Source: Clostridia bacterium (GTDB taxonomy: Bacteria; Bacillota; Clostridia; Christensenellales; Aristaeellaceae). From it: a DNA stretch of 64,000 bases. This document shows positions 40,150 through 49,364 of the stretch, one piece after another (position 1 is the stretch's first letter; every line of letters begins with the position of its first letter). Made by a program: the position numbers and the translations under genes. The notes under the pieces were generated by a model that saw nothing but the letters and a program-made list of their open reading frames with translations, had not been told where the DNA came from and did not search any database. The stretch spans positions 11,956 through 75,955 of the forward strand of contig JAFRNK010000026.1 of assembly GCA_017430225.1 (NCBI GenBank), given 5' to 3'.

Positions 40150-40765
40150 ACCATATCCCGGCGCCAATGCCGATGAGCGCGATCAGGATGCCGATCGGCA
40201 GCTTGACGAAGTCCGGCCACACGATGGTCTTCATAATCGTATCTTCCGAGGCGATGTACGCCGTATAACCCGACATGGCATACATCAGGCCGAACAGCGG
40301 CACCGCGAGCCATTTCAGCTTTCCGAACCAGCCCCTGTTCCCGATCAGGAACGCCGATACGAAGAACGTGACCGGCAGGACTGCCCACGTGACCGCCGCC
40401 ATATAGCCGCGGCTGTCCACATTCGTGTGCACCAGCCCAAACGCGATCAGCGACAGCGCCCAGATGCCCAGCGTCACCAGCACGAGCATGAGTTTGGACT
40501 TCTTCTCGTTGCTCCTGACGACGTCGGTGCTCTCTTCGAGATACTCTTTGTAAGTCTGTTTCATGGATGTTTCCTCCTTCAGCAGGTGATCCAGGCTCAC
40601 GGAATACAGGTCGCTCATCCTGATGACGCTAATGATGTCCGGGTAAGTCTTCCCCGTTTCCCAGTTGGACACGGTCTGCCGGCTGACGCCCAGCGCTTCA
40701 GCCGCCTGTTCCTGAGAGAGTTTGGCTTCATTCCTCGCGTTCCTGATGATCAACCCGATTTCCAT
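40112..40765 (-). CDS. XRE-family HTH regulator fused to a multi-TM C-terminal domain
   Basis: 217 aa. HTH LSQEQAAEALGVSRQTVSNWETGKTYPD, then about 4 hydrophobic helices. 3' end overlaps the tcdA 3' end by 38 nt (convergent). Confidence 0.82.
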   Translation of the reverse strand: MEIGLIIRNARNEAKLSQEQAAEALGVSRQTVSNWETGKTYPDIISVIRMSDLYSVSLDHLLKEETSMKQTYKEYLEESTDVVRSNEKKSKLMLVLVTLGIWALSLIAFGLVHTNVDSRGYMAAVTWAVLPVTFFVSAFLIGNRGWFGKLKWLAVPLFGLMYAMSGYTAYIASEDTIMKTIVWPDFVKLPIGILIALIGIGAGIWFRNRTARQGAQN

Positions 40766-40892
40766 AATCTGTCACCCCGTTTCATTTTTGTCCGTTCCGG
40801 AACAGCCTAAGGATGCACCCATCCGGAGGAAAAATCAATCCAACGTGTTTTACAAACGCCGTTTTTGGCTGCAAAAATGCTTTGACACTACT

Positions 40893-40927
40893 AAAGGGGC
40901 TATTGCTTTGACCGCAATAGCCCCTTT
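40893..40927 (-). terminator. 14-bp perfect hairpin after the 40942..41823 gene
   Basis: AAAGGGGCTATTGC (40893-906) / GCAATAGCCCCTTT (40914-27). The A/T shoulders are part of the stem. Confidence 0.6.
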
Positions 40928-40941
40928 GGAAACTACCTGGG

Positions 40942-41823
40942 TTACTCTTGTGCCAGCCGGCTCAGCAGCCATTCGGCGTTATAGAAGCAGCTGCTCTGCG
41001 CCCAGACGTACTGCGCGCCGTTTCCGTCAAAGATCCGGCACAGCACCCACCAGCTGCCGCTCGAATAATCGTAATGCTTAGCCAGGCAGTAGATCGCCTG
41101 GTTCTGCATGAAATACGTGCCCGTGTTGGTATAATAGCTGGCAGGACCCGAATAGGTCATCATCTGCGTGCTGCAGGTCGCCCAGGTGCCGTACCCGTAG
41201 AAGCCGCTGTCACCGCTCGGGCTGGGTACCGGCGTCGGCGTCGGGAAATAATACGGCACGGCAGTCGGCACGGGAACAGGAGACGAGAACGTAACATTGT
41301 TCATTGGCACGAAGCCGCGCGCCTTGCGGTTGTCCGCATTCAGCGTGACCTCGATGTATGCCCAGCTGTCGTCATAGCTGGCCAGGTAGGTGCACTGATG
41401 CCCTGTCTCCAGCAGCCCGAAGGGATCATGCTTGATGACCGGGTCGTCCGTAATGTTGCACTCGGTATTGATCCATGCGTTCCGGTATTCGAAGTTCAGC
41501 TTCCTCAGCTGAGCTCCTTCCGGCGCTTTCATATTGGCGATGAAGGTATCCTGGAAATAGCCGATGCGGTAGTTGCCAGAACCGGTCTGGTAGCCCAGCA
41601 TCAGCCATTTGCCCTCGTAGCCGAACACACGGGCCTCGCCGCCGCCGCCGTACTGCGCCTTGCCGTTGTTCGCGCGCAGATAGTTGGTGCCGGGGCCGGT
41701 ATAGAACTTCGGGGATGTGTTGAAAGTCGCGACGAAGTAATAGTTCAGGTTCTCAGCTTCCACCACGACGTACAGTGAGCACAGAAGAACCAGCAGCAGT
41801 GAGAAGACCAGCAGCTTTTTCAT
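40942..41823 (-). CDS. secreted hypothetical protein with SH3b-like modules and a Pro-rich linker
   Basis: 293 aa with signal peptide MKKLLVFSLLLVLLCSLYVVVEA, linker PVPVPTAVPYYFPTPTPVPSPSG and Trp/Tyr/Gly-rich repeats. Confidence 0.6.
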   Translation of the reverse strand: MKKLLVFSLLLVLLCSLYVVVEAENLNYYFVATFNTSPKFYTGPGTNYLRANNGKAQYGGGGEARVFGYEGKWLMLGYQTGSGNYRIGYFQDTFIANMKAPEGAQLRKLNFEYRNAWINTECNITDDPVIKHDPFGLLETGHQCTYLASYDDSWAYIEVTLNADNRKARGFVPMNNVTFSSPVPVPTAVPYYFPTPTPVPSPSGDSGFYGYGTWATCSTQMMTYSGPASYYTNTGTYFMQNQAIYCLAKHYDYSSGSWWVLCRIFDGNGAQYVWAQSSCFYNAEWLLSRLAQE

Positions 41824-41981
41824 AAACGTTCCTCCTGTTCATATATGCTATTGCCGGATCAGGCAAACAACATTTCTTGTTTCGGCAGCGAAATACAGCC
41901 GGACAACGGATGAGTTGTTCTCAAGTGGCAGGCGATGCCGCAGCATCAATGAATGATGAGAAAGATGTCTGATGCCTTCAA

Positions 41982-44003
41982 TCAGCCCACTTCGCTGCCT
42001 GGCGCCACGTCATCCGCCTGGTCGACGGTCAGCAGTCTCAGGGTGCCTGTGCCCTCATCCAAAGCAGAGAGGAGCATGCCCTGAGAAAGTTCGCCCATCA
42101 TCTTGCGGGGCTTCAGGTTGGAGAGCAGGATCAGCGTCCTGCCCACCAGCTTTTCAGGCTCGGTATAAGCCTTCGCGATACCGGAGAAAACGGTGCGCGT
42201 CTCTCCATTGCCCAGGTCGAGGGTGAAGCGCAGCAGCTTGTCGCTCTTCTGCACCTTTTCACAGGCGACGACCTTCGCGGTGCGCAGCTGGATCTTCGCG
42301 AAATCGTCGATGGTGATTTCGCCGGCCGGCTGGGCCTCCTCCGCTTTCTGTTCGGCCTTCTTCGCTTCAGGCTTCTTTTCTTCCTTCTTCGGCGCCGGCG
42401 CAGATTCCGCCTTTCCGCCGCTCAGGATCTCCAGGTCTTTCTTGATGTCGATGCGCGGGAAGAGGGCATCGCCTTTGTGCACCTTGATGCCGTCCGGCAG
42501 CCGGCCGAAGCAGTCCAGGCTCTCCCAGGTCTTGAGGCTATCGTCCGTGAGGCCCAGCTGTTCAAAGATACGGGCGGGCGTCTTCGGCATGAAGGGGCCG
42601 ATCAGCACGGCGACAAAGCGCACACATTCCGCCAGGTTCAGCAACACGTCGGTCAGGCGTGCCTTCTTTTCCGGATCCTTGCCCAGGATCCAGGGCTGGG
42701 TCAGATCGATGTACTTGTTACACTCGCCGATGACCTTCCAGATCTCAGTCAGCGCCTGGCTGAACTGCAGCTTGTCCATTTGGGCCTCTACCAGTGCAGG
42801 CAGCTGGGCGCAGTGATCCTGCAGGGGCTTGTCTTCCTCAGCGACGAAGCCGGCCGGATCCCAAGCGGGCATCACGCCGTCGAAGTATTTCTCGATCATC
42901 GCCACCGTACGGCTGACCAGGTTCCCCAGGTCGTTAGCCAGGTCGGCGTTGGTGCGGGTCAGGAAGGACTCATTGGTGTAGTTGCCGTCCGCACCGAAGG
43001 GCATCTCGCGCATGAGGTAGTAGCGCAGCGCGTCCACGCCGTAGCGCTCCACGATGGGGCCGGGATAGACGATGTTGCCCTTGGATTTACTCATCTTGTC
43101 GGTACCGAACAGCAGCCAGCCGTGGCCGAACACCTGCTTGGGCAGGGGCAGACCCAGCGCGTGCAGCATGATGGGCCAGTAGATGGTATGGAAGCGCACG
43201 ATCTCCTTGCCGACCAGGTGCACGTCCGCGGGCCAGTACTTCCTGAACAATTCGTCGTGGTCGGTACCGTAGCCCAGGGCGGTGATGTAGTTGGAGAGGG
43301 CATCGATCCATACATAAACAGTATGCTTGGGGTCGAAATCCACCGGCACGCCCCACTTGACGCTGGTGCGGCTGACGCACAGGTCCTGCAGGCCGGGCTT
43401 CAGGAAATTGTTGATCATCTCGTTGGCGCGGGCAGCCGGCTGGATGAACTCGGGATGGCTCTCGATGTATTCAATCATCCAGTCCTGATATTTGCTCATG
43501 CGGAAGAAATAGCTCTCTTCCTTCATGGGCTGGCAGGGGCGGCCGCAGTCCGGGCAAACCTTCACGCCATCCTTTTCCACCAGCTGGGTGGAGGTCCAGA
43601 AGCTCTCGCAGGGCGTGCAGTACATGCCTTCGTATTCAGCCTTGTAGATATCGCCCTGGTCGTAGAACTGCCTGAAGATCTTCTGCACGATCTTCATATG
43701 CCGGTCTTCAGTGGTGCGGATGAAGTCGTCGTACTCGATATCCATCAGCTTCCAGAGTTCTTTGGTCTCGGCAACGATTTTATCGACATACTGAATGGGC
43801 GTGACGCCAGCTTCCAGGGCTTTCTTTTCGATCTTCTGGCCATGCTCGTCCGTACCGGTCAGGAAATAGGTGTCATAGCCCGTCAGCCTCTTGAACCGGG
43901 TCATGGTGTCCGCCGCGACGGTGGTATATGTATGCCCGACGTGCATGTTGCCGCTCGGGTAGTAAATCGGCGTGGTAATGTAAAAAGTCTTTTTCTCCTG
44001 CAT
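41982..44003 (-). CDS. metG: methionine--tRNA ligase with C-terminal tRNA-binding domain
   Basis: Class I HIGH motif (NMHVGH), KMSKS motif, zinc knuckle CPDCGRPC. Start trimmed to the ATG at 44003 ([18 protein letters not shown]). Confidence 0.96.
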   Translation of the reverse strand: MQEKKTFYITTPIYYPSGNMHVGHTYTTVAADTMTRFKRLTGYDTYFLTGTDEHGQKIEKKALEAGVTPIQYVDKIVAETKELWKLMDIEYDDFIRTTEDRHMKIVQKIFRQFYDQGDIYKAEYEGMYCTPCESFWTSTQLVEKDGVKVCPDCGRPCQPMKEESYFFRMSKYQDWMIEYIESHPEFIQPAARANEMINNFLKPGLQDLCVSRTSVKWGVPVDFDPKHTVYVWIDALSNYITALGYGTDHDELFRKYWPADVHLVGKEIVRFHTIYWPIMLHALGLPLPKQVFGHGWLLFGTDKMSKSKGNIVYPGPIVERYGVDALRYYLMREMPFGADGNYTNESFLTRTNADLANDLGNLVSRTVAMIEKYFDGVMPAWDPAGFVAEEDKPLQDHCAQLPALVEAQMDKLQFSQALTEIWKVIGECNKYIDLTQPWILGKDPEKKARLTDVLLNLAECVRFVAVLIGPFMPKTPARIFEQLGLTDDSLKTWESLDCFGRLPDGIKVHKGDALFPRIDIKKDLEILSGGKAESAPAPKKEEKKPEAKKAEQKAEEAQPAGEITIDDFAKIQLRTAKVVACEKVQKSDKLLRFTLDLGNGETRTVFSGIAKAYTEPEKLVGRTLILLSNLKPRKMMGELSQGMLLSALDEGTGTLRLLTVDQADDVAPGSEVG

Positions 44004-44110
44004 GGTGATCAGCGTCCTTTCTGCGTCCGGGCATCTATATGATTTGCTTGGATTCCGAACAAAAATCGATTTGGCAGCCTTTGCACGCAAAAACCGCCTC
44101 TCCGTCCTGT

Positions 44111-44139
44111 ATTTTACATGATTTCATGTGATTTGGCAA
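44111..44139 (-). promoter_or_regulatory. metG promoter
   Basis: The minus strand reads TTGCCA (44139-34), a 17-nt spacer, then TAAAAT (44116-11). The leader is about 100 nt and has no T-box signature. Confidence 0.7.
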
Positions 44140-44200
44140 GATGGAGAGACGGTTTCCCTGGAAGAACATACAGATTTACATTTTCAGATGCAAGCCCTGT

Positions 44201-44229
44201 TTGACATCATTCCCCCGTCATGATAAAAT
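44201..44229 (+). promoter_or_regulatory. promoter of the triple-SH3b gene
   Basis: TTGACA (44201-06), a 17-nt spacer, TAAAAT (44224-29). Confidence 0.75.
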
Positions 44230-44309
44230 ATCATCAGCATAACCGGGGCGGAAGAACGCCGCCTCTTTACGGCAAAACGATACATTCCATGATACAAGGA
44301 GGTTCCCCC

Positions 44310-45773
44310 ATGAAGCGAATGCTGAGCATCCTGATCTGCTTGTCCCTGCTATACGTATTGCTGCCCGTCGTTCCGGCCATGGCGCTGTCTGACGTCATGT
44401 GCGTGACCAACTGCAGCGAATGGGTTTCCCTGCGTGAAGACATGAGCACGTCTTCCAAGCGGCTGGCGAAGGTGTACCTGGGCGAGCTGGTGACCGACTG
44501 CAAAATGGCCTATGACGGCTTTATCGAGTGCCAGTTCGGCGGCAAGACCGGCTATATCCAGAGTAAATACCTGAAGGACACCGACTATTCTTCCGGGGAG
44601 AGCTTCCCGGGCAACCAGATGGTAGTCAACGTCGAGGAATGGGCATCGATGTGGGACAGCCCCAGCACCAAGTCCACCCGCGTGACCAAGGTACCGGTGG
44701 GCAGCATCGTGACGTCCTGCGTGGGCACGACCGGAGGCTTCATCCTCTGCGAGTACAAGAACGGCAGGAAAACCTACAAGGGCTATATCTCGACCTCCTA
44801 CCTCAAGAAGGCGAATTACAGCGCTTCCACGCAGAACTCGAAAGCCACCCCGATCGAAGGCAGCAGCGTCGACGGCATCACCATGACCGTGACCAACTGC
44901 AACGACTGGGTCTCCCTGCGCGAGAAAGCCTCCGCGTCCTCCGCAAGGCTCGCCAAGGTTCCGCTCGGCGCTACGGTGGACCAGTGCATCCAGACGTCCG
45001 ACAGCTTTATCTACTGCCACTACCGCGGAATATATGGCTATATCCAGTCGCAGTACCTGACCGCGCCCGGCATCAACGAGCCGGTGATCGATTATCCGGA
45101 GATCGTTCCGCAGACGGATCCGCAAACAGATACGGCCGTCAATAGCTTCAACAATATCCCCATCCTGCCCGATTACGCGAGCTTCCAGCAGGTCGGCCGG
45201 AACGTCGTGATGGAGACCTACCAGGGCTACACCATCATCGTGCAGCACGTGGACAACCAGTTTGAGGAAATGCTCGCCGTCTGTTACGACCTGCAGAACC
45301 AGCCGCTGTGGCGTCTGTACGCGCAAAGCCTCGAAGAGCTCTCCGACGTGGTCCAGCTGGACGCTTTCGTCGCGGGTACCATCGAGGATCCGCAGCTGAT
45401 CTGGTACATCAACGGCCTCGGCTTCTACTCCTACAGCTACGGCCCCGCACTGCAGCTGCGCTGGTTCCTGCCAAACGAGGTCGGCCTGAATATCACGGAT
45501 TCCATCACCCACACCGAGGACTATGATGGATCCTTCTTCGTCGCGTTCTCCAACGTGCTGATGCACATCTCGCCGGAAGGCCAGCTCCTGTGGCGGACCG
45601 AATGCGAGGACAGCACCCTCTACTGGCCTGTCAGCATCGATATCGACGAGAACGGCATCAGCGTGTTCTACGACAACGTCGTCGACGTGAGCAACACGTA
45701 TACCGAAGCGAGATTCACCTTTGAAGGCGCGTTCCAGTACACCACGCGCCGGATCATCGCAGAAGGCGAATAA
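44310..45773 (+). CDS. secreted protein with three SH3b-like repeats plus an unknown C-terminal domain
   Basis: Start at the ATG at 44310 after AAGGAGG; signal MKRMLSILICLSLLYVLLPVVPAMA. Three repeats of the pattern VTNC.EWVSLRE...RLAKV.LG..V..C....GFI.C.....GYIQS.YL. Confidence 0.7.
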   Translation: MKRMLSILICLSLLYVLLPVVPAMALSDVMCVTNCSEWVSLREDMSTSSKRLAKVYLGELVTDCKMAYDGFIECQFGGKTGYIQSKYLKDTDYSSGESFPGNQMVVNVEEWASMWDSPSTKSTRVTKVPVGSIVTSCVGTTGGFILCEYKNGRKTYKGYISTSYLKKANYSASTQNSKATPIEGSSVDGITMTVTNCNDWVSLREKASASSARLAKVPLGATVDQCIQTSDSFIYCHYRGIYGYIQSQYLTAPGINEPVIDYPEIVPQTDPQTDTAVNSFNNIPILPDYASFQQVGRNVVMETYQGYTIIVQHVDNQFEEMLAVCYDLQNQPLWRLYAQSLEELSDVVQLDAFVAGTIEDPQLIWYINGLGFYSYSYGPALQLRWFLPNEVGLNITDSITHTEDYDGSFFVAFSNVLMHISPEGQLLWRTECEDSTLYWPVSIDIDENGISVFYDNVVDVSNTYTEARFTFEGAFQYTTRRIIAEGE

Positions 45774-45776
45774 CGC

Positions 45777-47252
45777 TTAATCGGCGTTTTCCCGCGGCAT
45801 CAGCCTGATCAGTTCGGAATACGCCTCATAGAGGTCTCCCCCGATTTCCGTCTCCACACGGATCCGATAAAACCCCGCCGGCGCAGGCTGACCGCCGGCA
45901 AGCGAGCCGTCCCAGTACAGGCAGGTGCCCTCGGGCACCAGGTGCTGCGGGCGGCTTTGCTGTTGATAGGCCAGGTAACGCACCGTTGCGCCGCGCATAT
46001 TCTGAATGGATACGTTGAGTACGCACGGGATGTCGTGGCGCACGGTCACAGGCGCCTCAGCCCCGCCTTCCGCCCTGAACACGCGCGGGCTTTCCACGCT
46101 CAGCGCGATATCGCCACCGAGCGGCAGCACGCTGACCAGGCGGCTTTCGCACAGCACCGGGCGTTCGTCGTTCAGTGAAAAGATCTGCACCATCAGATAG
46201 CCGGACACGTCCTCGTCTTCGTCGGCCAGATGCAGGTTCAGCGCGCGCTCGTACATACCGGGTTCGAGGGCTTCCGGTTCGGCAAACTGCACGGCGTTCT
46301 GGAAATCCCAGGCGCCGCGCCGCATATAAACCAATTGGTAGCCGACCCGCATGGGCGAGCCCAATTCGAAGGAAAAACGCAGCCTGTCCGTCTCGCCGGA
46401 GAACACCGTCTCTTCGAACTCAACATCGGTCAGCCCTTCTGTCTCCCCTCCAGCGCCGCAGCAAAAGAGCGCGAAACCGCCGTCCTGCTCAGGATAGACC
46501 TGCGCGGTCGACACCGCGTAATGCCCGCGCAGCCACTCAAAGGCTTCACGCAGGGTGATCGCTCCGTCCTCATCCTCGTCGGCGGGAAAGCCTGATTCCG
46601 CGTCACAGCCGTGGGACAGGATCGAGGTAAAATAGCCCGCCCCGTGCAGCGCACCGGACTCTTCCGAGCGCCAGTACCAGCTGTCCTCGCTGCCGCCGGC
46701 GCTGCAGAGCACTTTGTTCCCTCCGGCCAGCGGCACCGCGTCCGGCCAGTTGCTCAGGCCCTTTCCGATGAACGCGCCGGAATGGCAGGCGTCCATCAGC
46801 ACTACGTGGGTACCCGGGATCTCGTTGAGGATGGCCTCCAGCATCCGCGGGTACATCTTCTCCTCCGTTTCGCCGTCCGAGAGCAGCAGCGCGGCGCTGA
46901 TATTGGTGTGCGCCGGATTGTATACCCCGTGCGTGCTGATATACAACAGGGAAACATCGCCGTCCGCGGCACCTGAAAACGTTTCCGCAACCGTCGTGCG
47001 GAACGCATCCACCGTGCCGATCGTATCACATTCCGTGCGGATGAGTTCATACCCCCGGGCGTCCTGTGCTAGCAGTTCCGCCATCAGGCGCGCGTTTTCC
47101 TGCGCGGCGGGCGTCGTCTCCTCCTGGCTCAAGAAGCGGTCGCAGGTCACGATCAGCGCGCGCAGCACCGGACTCTCCTCGCACAAAGCCGGACAGCAAA
47201 TGAAGAAAAGCAAAAACGCCTGCAGAACCAGGCTTGCGGCGTGCTTCTTCAC
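45777..47252 (-). CDS. secreted caspase-like peptidase (family C14) with Ig-like C-terminal domain
   Basis: 491 aa, GTG start, signal peptide. His-Cys dyad contexts LLYISTHG and VVLMDACHSGAFIG. C-terminal GGQPAPAGFYRIRVE resembles FlgD-Ig type domains. Confidence 0.75.
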   Translation of the reverse strand: MKKHAASLVLQAFLLFFICCPALCEESPVLRALIVTCDRFLSQEETTPAAQENARLMAELLAQDARGYELIRTECDTIGTVDAFRTTVAETFSGAADGDVSLLYISTHGVYNPAHTNISAALLLSDGETEEKMYPRMLEAILNEIPGTHVVLMDACHSGAFIGKGLSNWPDAVPLAGGNKVLCSAGGSEDSWYWRSEESGALHGAGYFTSILSHGCDAESGFPADEDEDGAITLREAFEWLRGHYAVSTAQVYPEQDGGFALFCCGAGGETEGLTDVEFEETVFSGETDRLRFSFELGSPMRVGYQLVYMRRGAWDFQNAVQFAEPEALEPGMYERALNLHLADEDEDVSGYLMVQIFSLNDERPVLCESRLVSVLPLGGDIALSVESPRVFRAEGGAEAPVTVRHDIPCVLNVSIQNMRGATVRYLAYQQQSRPQHLVPEGTCLYWDGSLAGGQPAPAGFYRIRVETEIGGDLYEAYSELIRLMPRENAD

Positions 47253-47287
47253 AGGCGTTCACTCCCTTCCAAAATGTGTTAACTTAT

Positions 47288-47316
47288 ATTATACCTTGTT
47301 TTGGGAAGGAATGCAA
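47288..47316 (-). promoter_or_regulatory. promoter of the caspase-like peptidase gene
   Basis: The minus strand reads TTGCAT (47316-11), a 17-nt spacer, then TATAAT (47293-88). An imperfect inverted repeat CTTCCAAAA..TTTTGGGAAG brackets the -10. Confidence 0.75.
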
Positions 47317-47364
47317 ATCGGCAGTTCGGTAGCTATTGGCTTAGAAAAATCACCCGGATAACGA

Positions 47365-47463
47365 AAAAAGGCAGAAAGCATAAGGCATAGGGCAATTCTG
47401 ATACCATACGGTTCTTTGATTGCATCATCGCCTTTACTTATGCCTTTTTGCTTATGCCTTTGC
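47365..47463 (-). repeat. GCATAAGG-word palindromic element, copy A (acts as the GNAT gene terminator)
   Basis: Arms AAAAAGGCAGAAAGCATAAGGCATAGGGC / GCCTTTACTTATGCCTTTTTGCTTATGCCTTTGC. The minus-strand 3' side ends in GCCTTTTTTCG. Confidence 0.7.
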
Positions 47464-47487
47464 TCTCTAACACTTCGAATTAATGAT

Positions 47488-47952
47488 TCAACTGAACCTG
47501 ATCATCCGTCCGTAGGCTGTGTTTTCCGGTTCGCTGCCCGGGATCGGGATTGCGCCGACGGCGTGCTCGTAGAACCGGGCGGCTTCGTCGCACCAGCCGA
47601 TGACCGCGTAGCCGTAACCCGCTTCGCGCATGGCAAGCAGGCTGGCCATCAGCAGCGCGCGCCCGACGCCGGTGCCGCGCTCTTCCTTCGCGACGCCGAT
47701 CGGTCCGAACAGCCCGCGTGCGGTCGCGTCATAGCAGGAAAAGCCGATACAAGCGCCGTCCCGCTCGGCGATGAAACAGGTATTGGGCTGTGCGGACAGC
47801 GCCACCGCACATTCCGACTCCCAGCCCTCGCCAAACTGTTCGCGGACCCACTTGAGCACACGGTGCCGGTCCGGCGGCATCACCCGAGCGATTTTGACGT
47901 TCTCAGGCGCTTTGTATTCGGGCAGGCGGTAGAGATTGACGAGCATATCCAT
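47488..47952 (-). CDS. GNAT-family N-acetyltransferase
   Basis: 154 aa with acetyl-CoA-binding region IGVAKEERGTGVGRALLMASLLAMREAGY. Confidence 0.8.
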   Translation of the reverse strand: MDMLVNLYRLPEYKAPENVKIARVMPPDRHRVLKWVREQFGEGWESECAVALSAQPNTCFIAERDGACIGFSCYDATARGLFGPIGVAKEERGTGVGRALLMASLLAMREAGYGYAVIGWCDEAARFYEHAVGAIPIPGSEPENTAYGRMIRFS

Positions 47953-47984
47953 AGGCAGATCTCCTTTAGTGCGAAATGCGGAAT

Positions 47985-48038
47985 TCGGAGTGCGGAGTTA
48001 AAGAATGCTCATGAACATTCCTTAACTCCGCACTCCGA
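47985..48038 (-). repeat. short palindromic copy of the GGAGTGCGGAGT-word element, 10 nt after the zinc-ribbon gene stop codon
   Basis: TCGGAGTGCGGAGTTAAAGAATG (47985-48007) / CATTCCTTAACTCCGCACTCCGA (48016-48038), 22 of 23 paired, 8-nt loop. Shares the arm sequence with 19965-20199. Confidence 0.8.
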
Positions 48039-48047
48039 ACTCAGAAT

Positions 48048-49166
48048 TCAATAATCTCGCGTAAGCGTAATGATCGGGTTCCCTTTCTCGTCTGAGATAC
48101 AGGGTTCGTCGCCCGAGCGTTTGACCGTGAAATAGATGCTATCCCCGGCTTTCAGCTGATCCCAGTCCGTCTGCCTGACACGGTAGCGCGCACTTTCGCC
48201 GGTCTTGGAATTGGTGATGGTCACCCGGTAGACCTCCGCGCGCTGGCCTTCGCGCTCGTCCTCCGCCAGGTTCGTGTCCGGCCAGTAAGGATCGTGGTCA
48301 TCCGCGCCGGCGGTTGCCTGGCGGTTTGGCGTCCAGCGCCAGATATCGTAATAATACTTGGTCGCGTACCGCGGCACCTGCACGTACACCGGGCGCTGCT
48401 CCGTTTCCGTATAGTACTCCGTCTTATAGACCGGCCTCTCGTGCTCCACCTGGTCGAACATGCCGTTGCCCAGGTCGGTATAGGTGTAATACGTTTCGTA
48501 ATGGTCGACGACCTGGCGGGAGCGCTGGACCTGATAACTCTCATAATGGTCCAGCACGCTGTCGTAATGGTGGATCTCGGTGCGCTCCGACGTCACGGTG
48601 CCGCCGGACGGGACTGACCAGCCCGATTCGCTGAACATCCGGTTCTGTTCGATCTGGATGGCGCGCTGCCAGCTGACGCTGCTGATCGAATAATCCTTGC
48701 TGGTTGTCCGGCCGTTCATGAACATGAAAAGGCCCACGATGACCAGCACGAGGGCGATCAAGACCATCGGCATGCGGCTGCGCTTCTGCGGCTGCTGCTG
48801 GACCGGCTGCTGGTGCGCCGCTTCGCGCTCGCGCTTCTTTTCGAGCATCTGGAAGTAATTCGCCTCGGAATCTGCGCGGGAAGCGCCGCAGCTGCGGCAG
48901 GTGTCGGCGTTGTCGCTGTTCAGCGTTTCACAGAAGGAGCAGTACCAGTCCGGGTTGCGGTTGACGTGCTTCGCTGTTTCCTCGTCCACGTATTCGATGT
49001 CGGAAACGTCGTCCTCGCGCCTCTCCTCGTCCTGCGCCTGGTTCTTCATATAGAATTTGACTTCCCCGCGGGGGCGCCCGCAGCTCGGGCAGACCGCGGA
49101 GTCGCCGCGTATTCCCTTGTTTTCACAATAGGGGCAATCCCAGTACCCCATGACGAGCTTACCCAT
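48048..49166 (-). CDS. double zinc-ribbon, single-pass membrane protein of unknown function
   Basis: Start trimmed to the ATG at 49166 (MGKLVMGYWDCPYCENKG..CPSCGRP; second ribbon CSFCETLN..CRSCGAS). TM segment MPMVLIALVLVIVGLFMFM. Tyr/Glu-rich C-terminal domain. Confidence 0.65.
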   Translation of the reverse strand: MGKLVMGYWDCPYCENKGIRGDSAVCPSCGRPRGEVKFYMKNQAQDEERREDDVSDIEYVDEETAKHVNRNPDWYCSFCETLNSDNADTCRSCGASRADSEANYFQMLEKKREREAAHQQPVQQQPQKRSRMPMVLIALVLVIVGLFMFMNGRTTSKDYSISSVSWQRAIQIEQNRMFSESGWSVPSGGTVTSERTEIHHYDSVLDHYESYQVQRSRQVVDHYETYYTYTDLGNGMFDQVEHERPVYKTEYYTETEQRPVYVQVPRYATKYYYDIWRWTPNRQATAGADDHDPYWPDTNLAEDEREGQRAEVYRVTITNSKTGESARYRVRQTDWDQLKAGDSIYFTVKRSGDEPCISDEKGNPIITLTRDY

Positions 49167-49290
49167 ATGGAATGTCCTTTCTCTGATTTCACACCGGCGC
49201 TGGCGCCGCGGACTGTCTGCCGTACTGATTTCCTGTCTATTGTACAGCAAAACCAGCAAAGCTGCAAGAGGCGCAAATACCATTTATTTC

Positions 49291-49319
49291 TTGACAAAAA
49301 TACGGTTCGAGCATATCAT
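49291..49319 (+). promoter_or_regulatory. promoter of the 49365..50630 gene
   Basis: TTGACA (49291-96), a 17-nt spacer, TATCAT (49314-19). Confidence 0.7.
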
Positions 49320-49364
49320 TTTCATGAAGACCCGGTTTTATCAGCATATAAGGAGGATACGCAT

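Noticed and set aside
44220-44309. N-terminal extensions in the ORF track (also 8363-8404, 9000-9038, 11053-11109, 14053-14085, 16113-16187, 30822-30971, 36335-36382, 38415-38471, 44004-44090, 48813-49364, 49167-49283, 57714-57788, 62963-63151)
   Set aside because: In each case an internal ATG is preceded by a GGAGG-type RBS and/or gives the canonical N-terminus or a signal peptide. The extension would overlap the neighbouring gene or run through a promoter or intergenic repeat.
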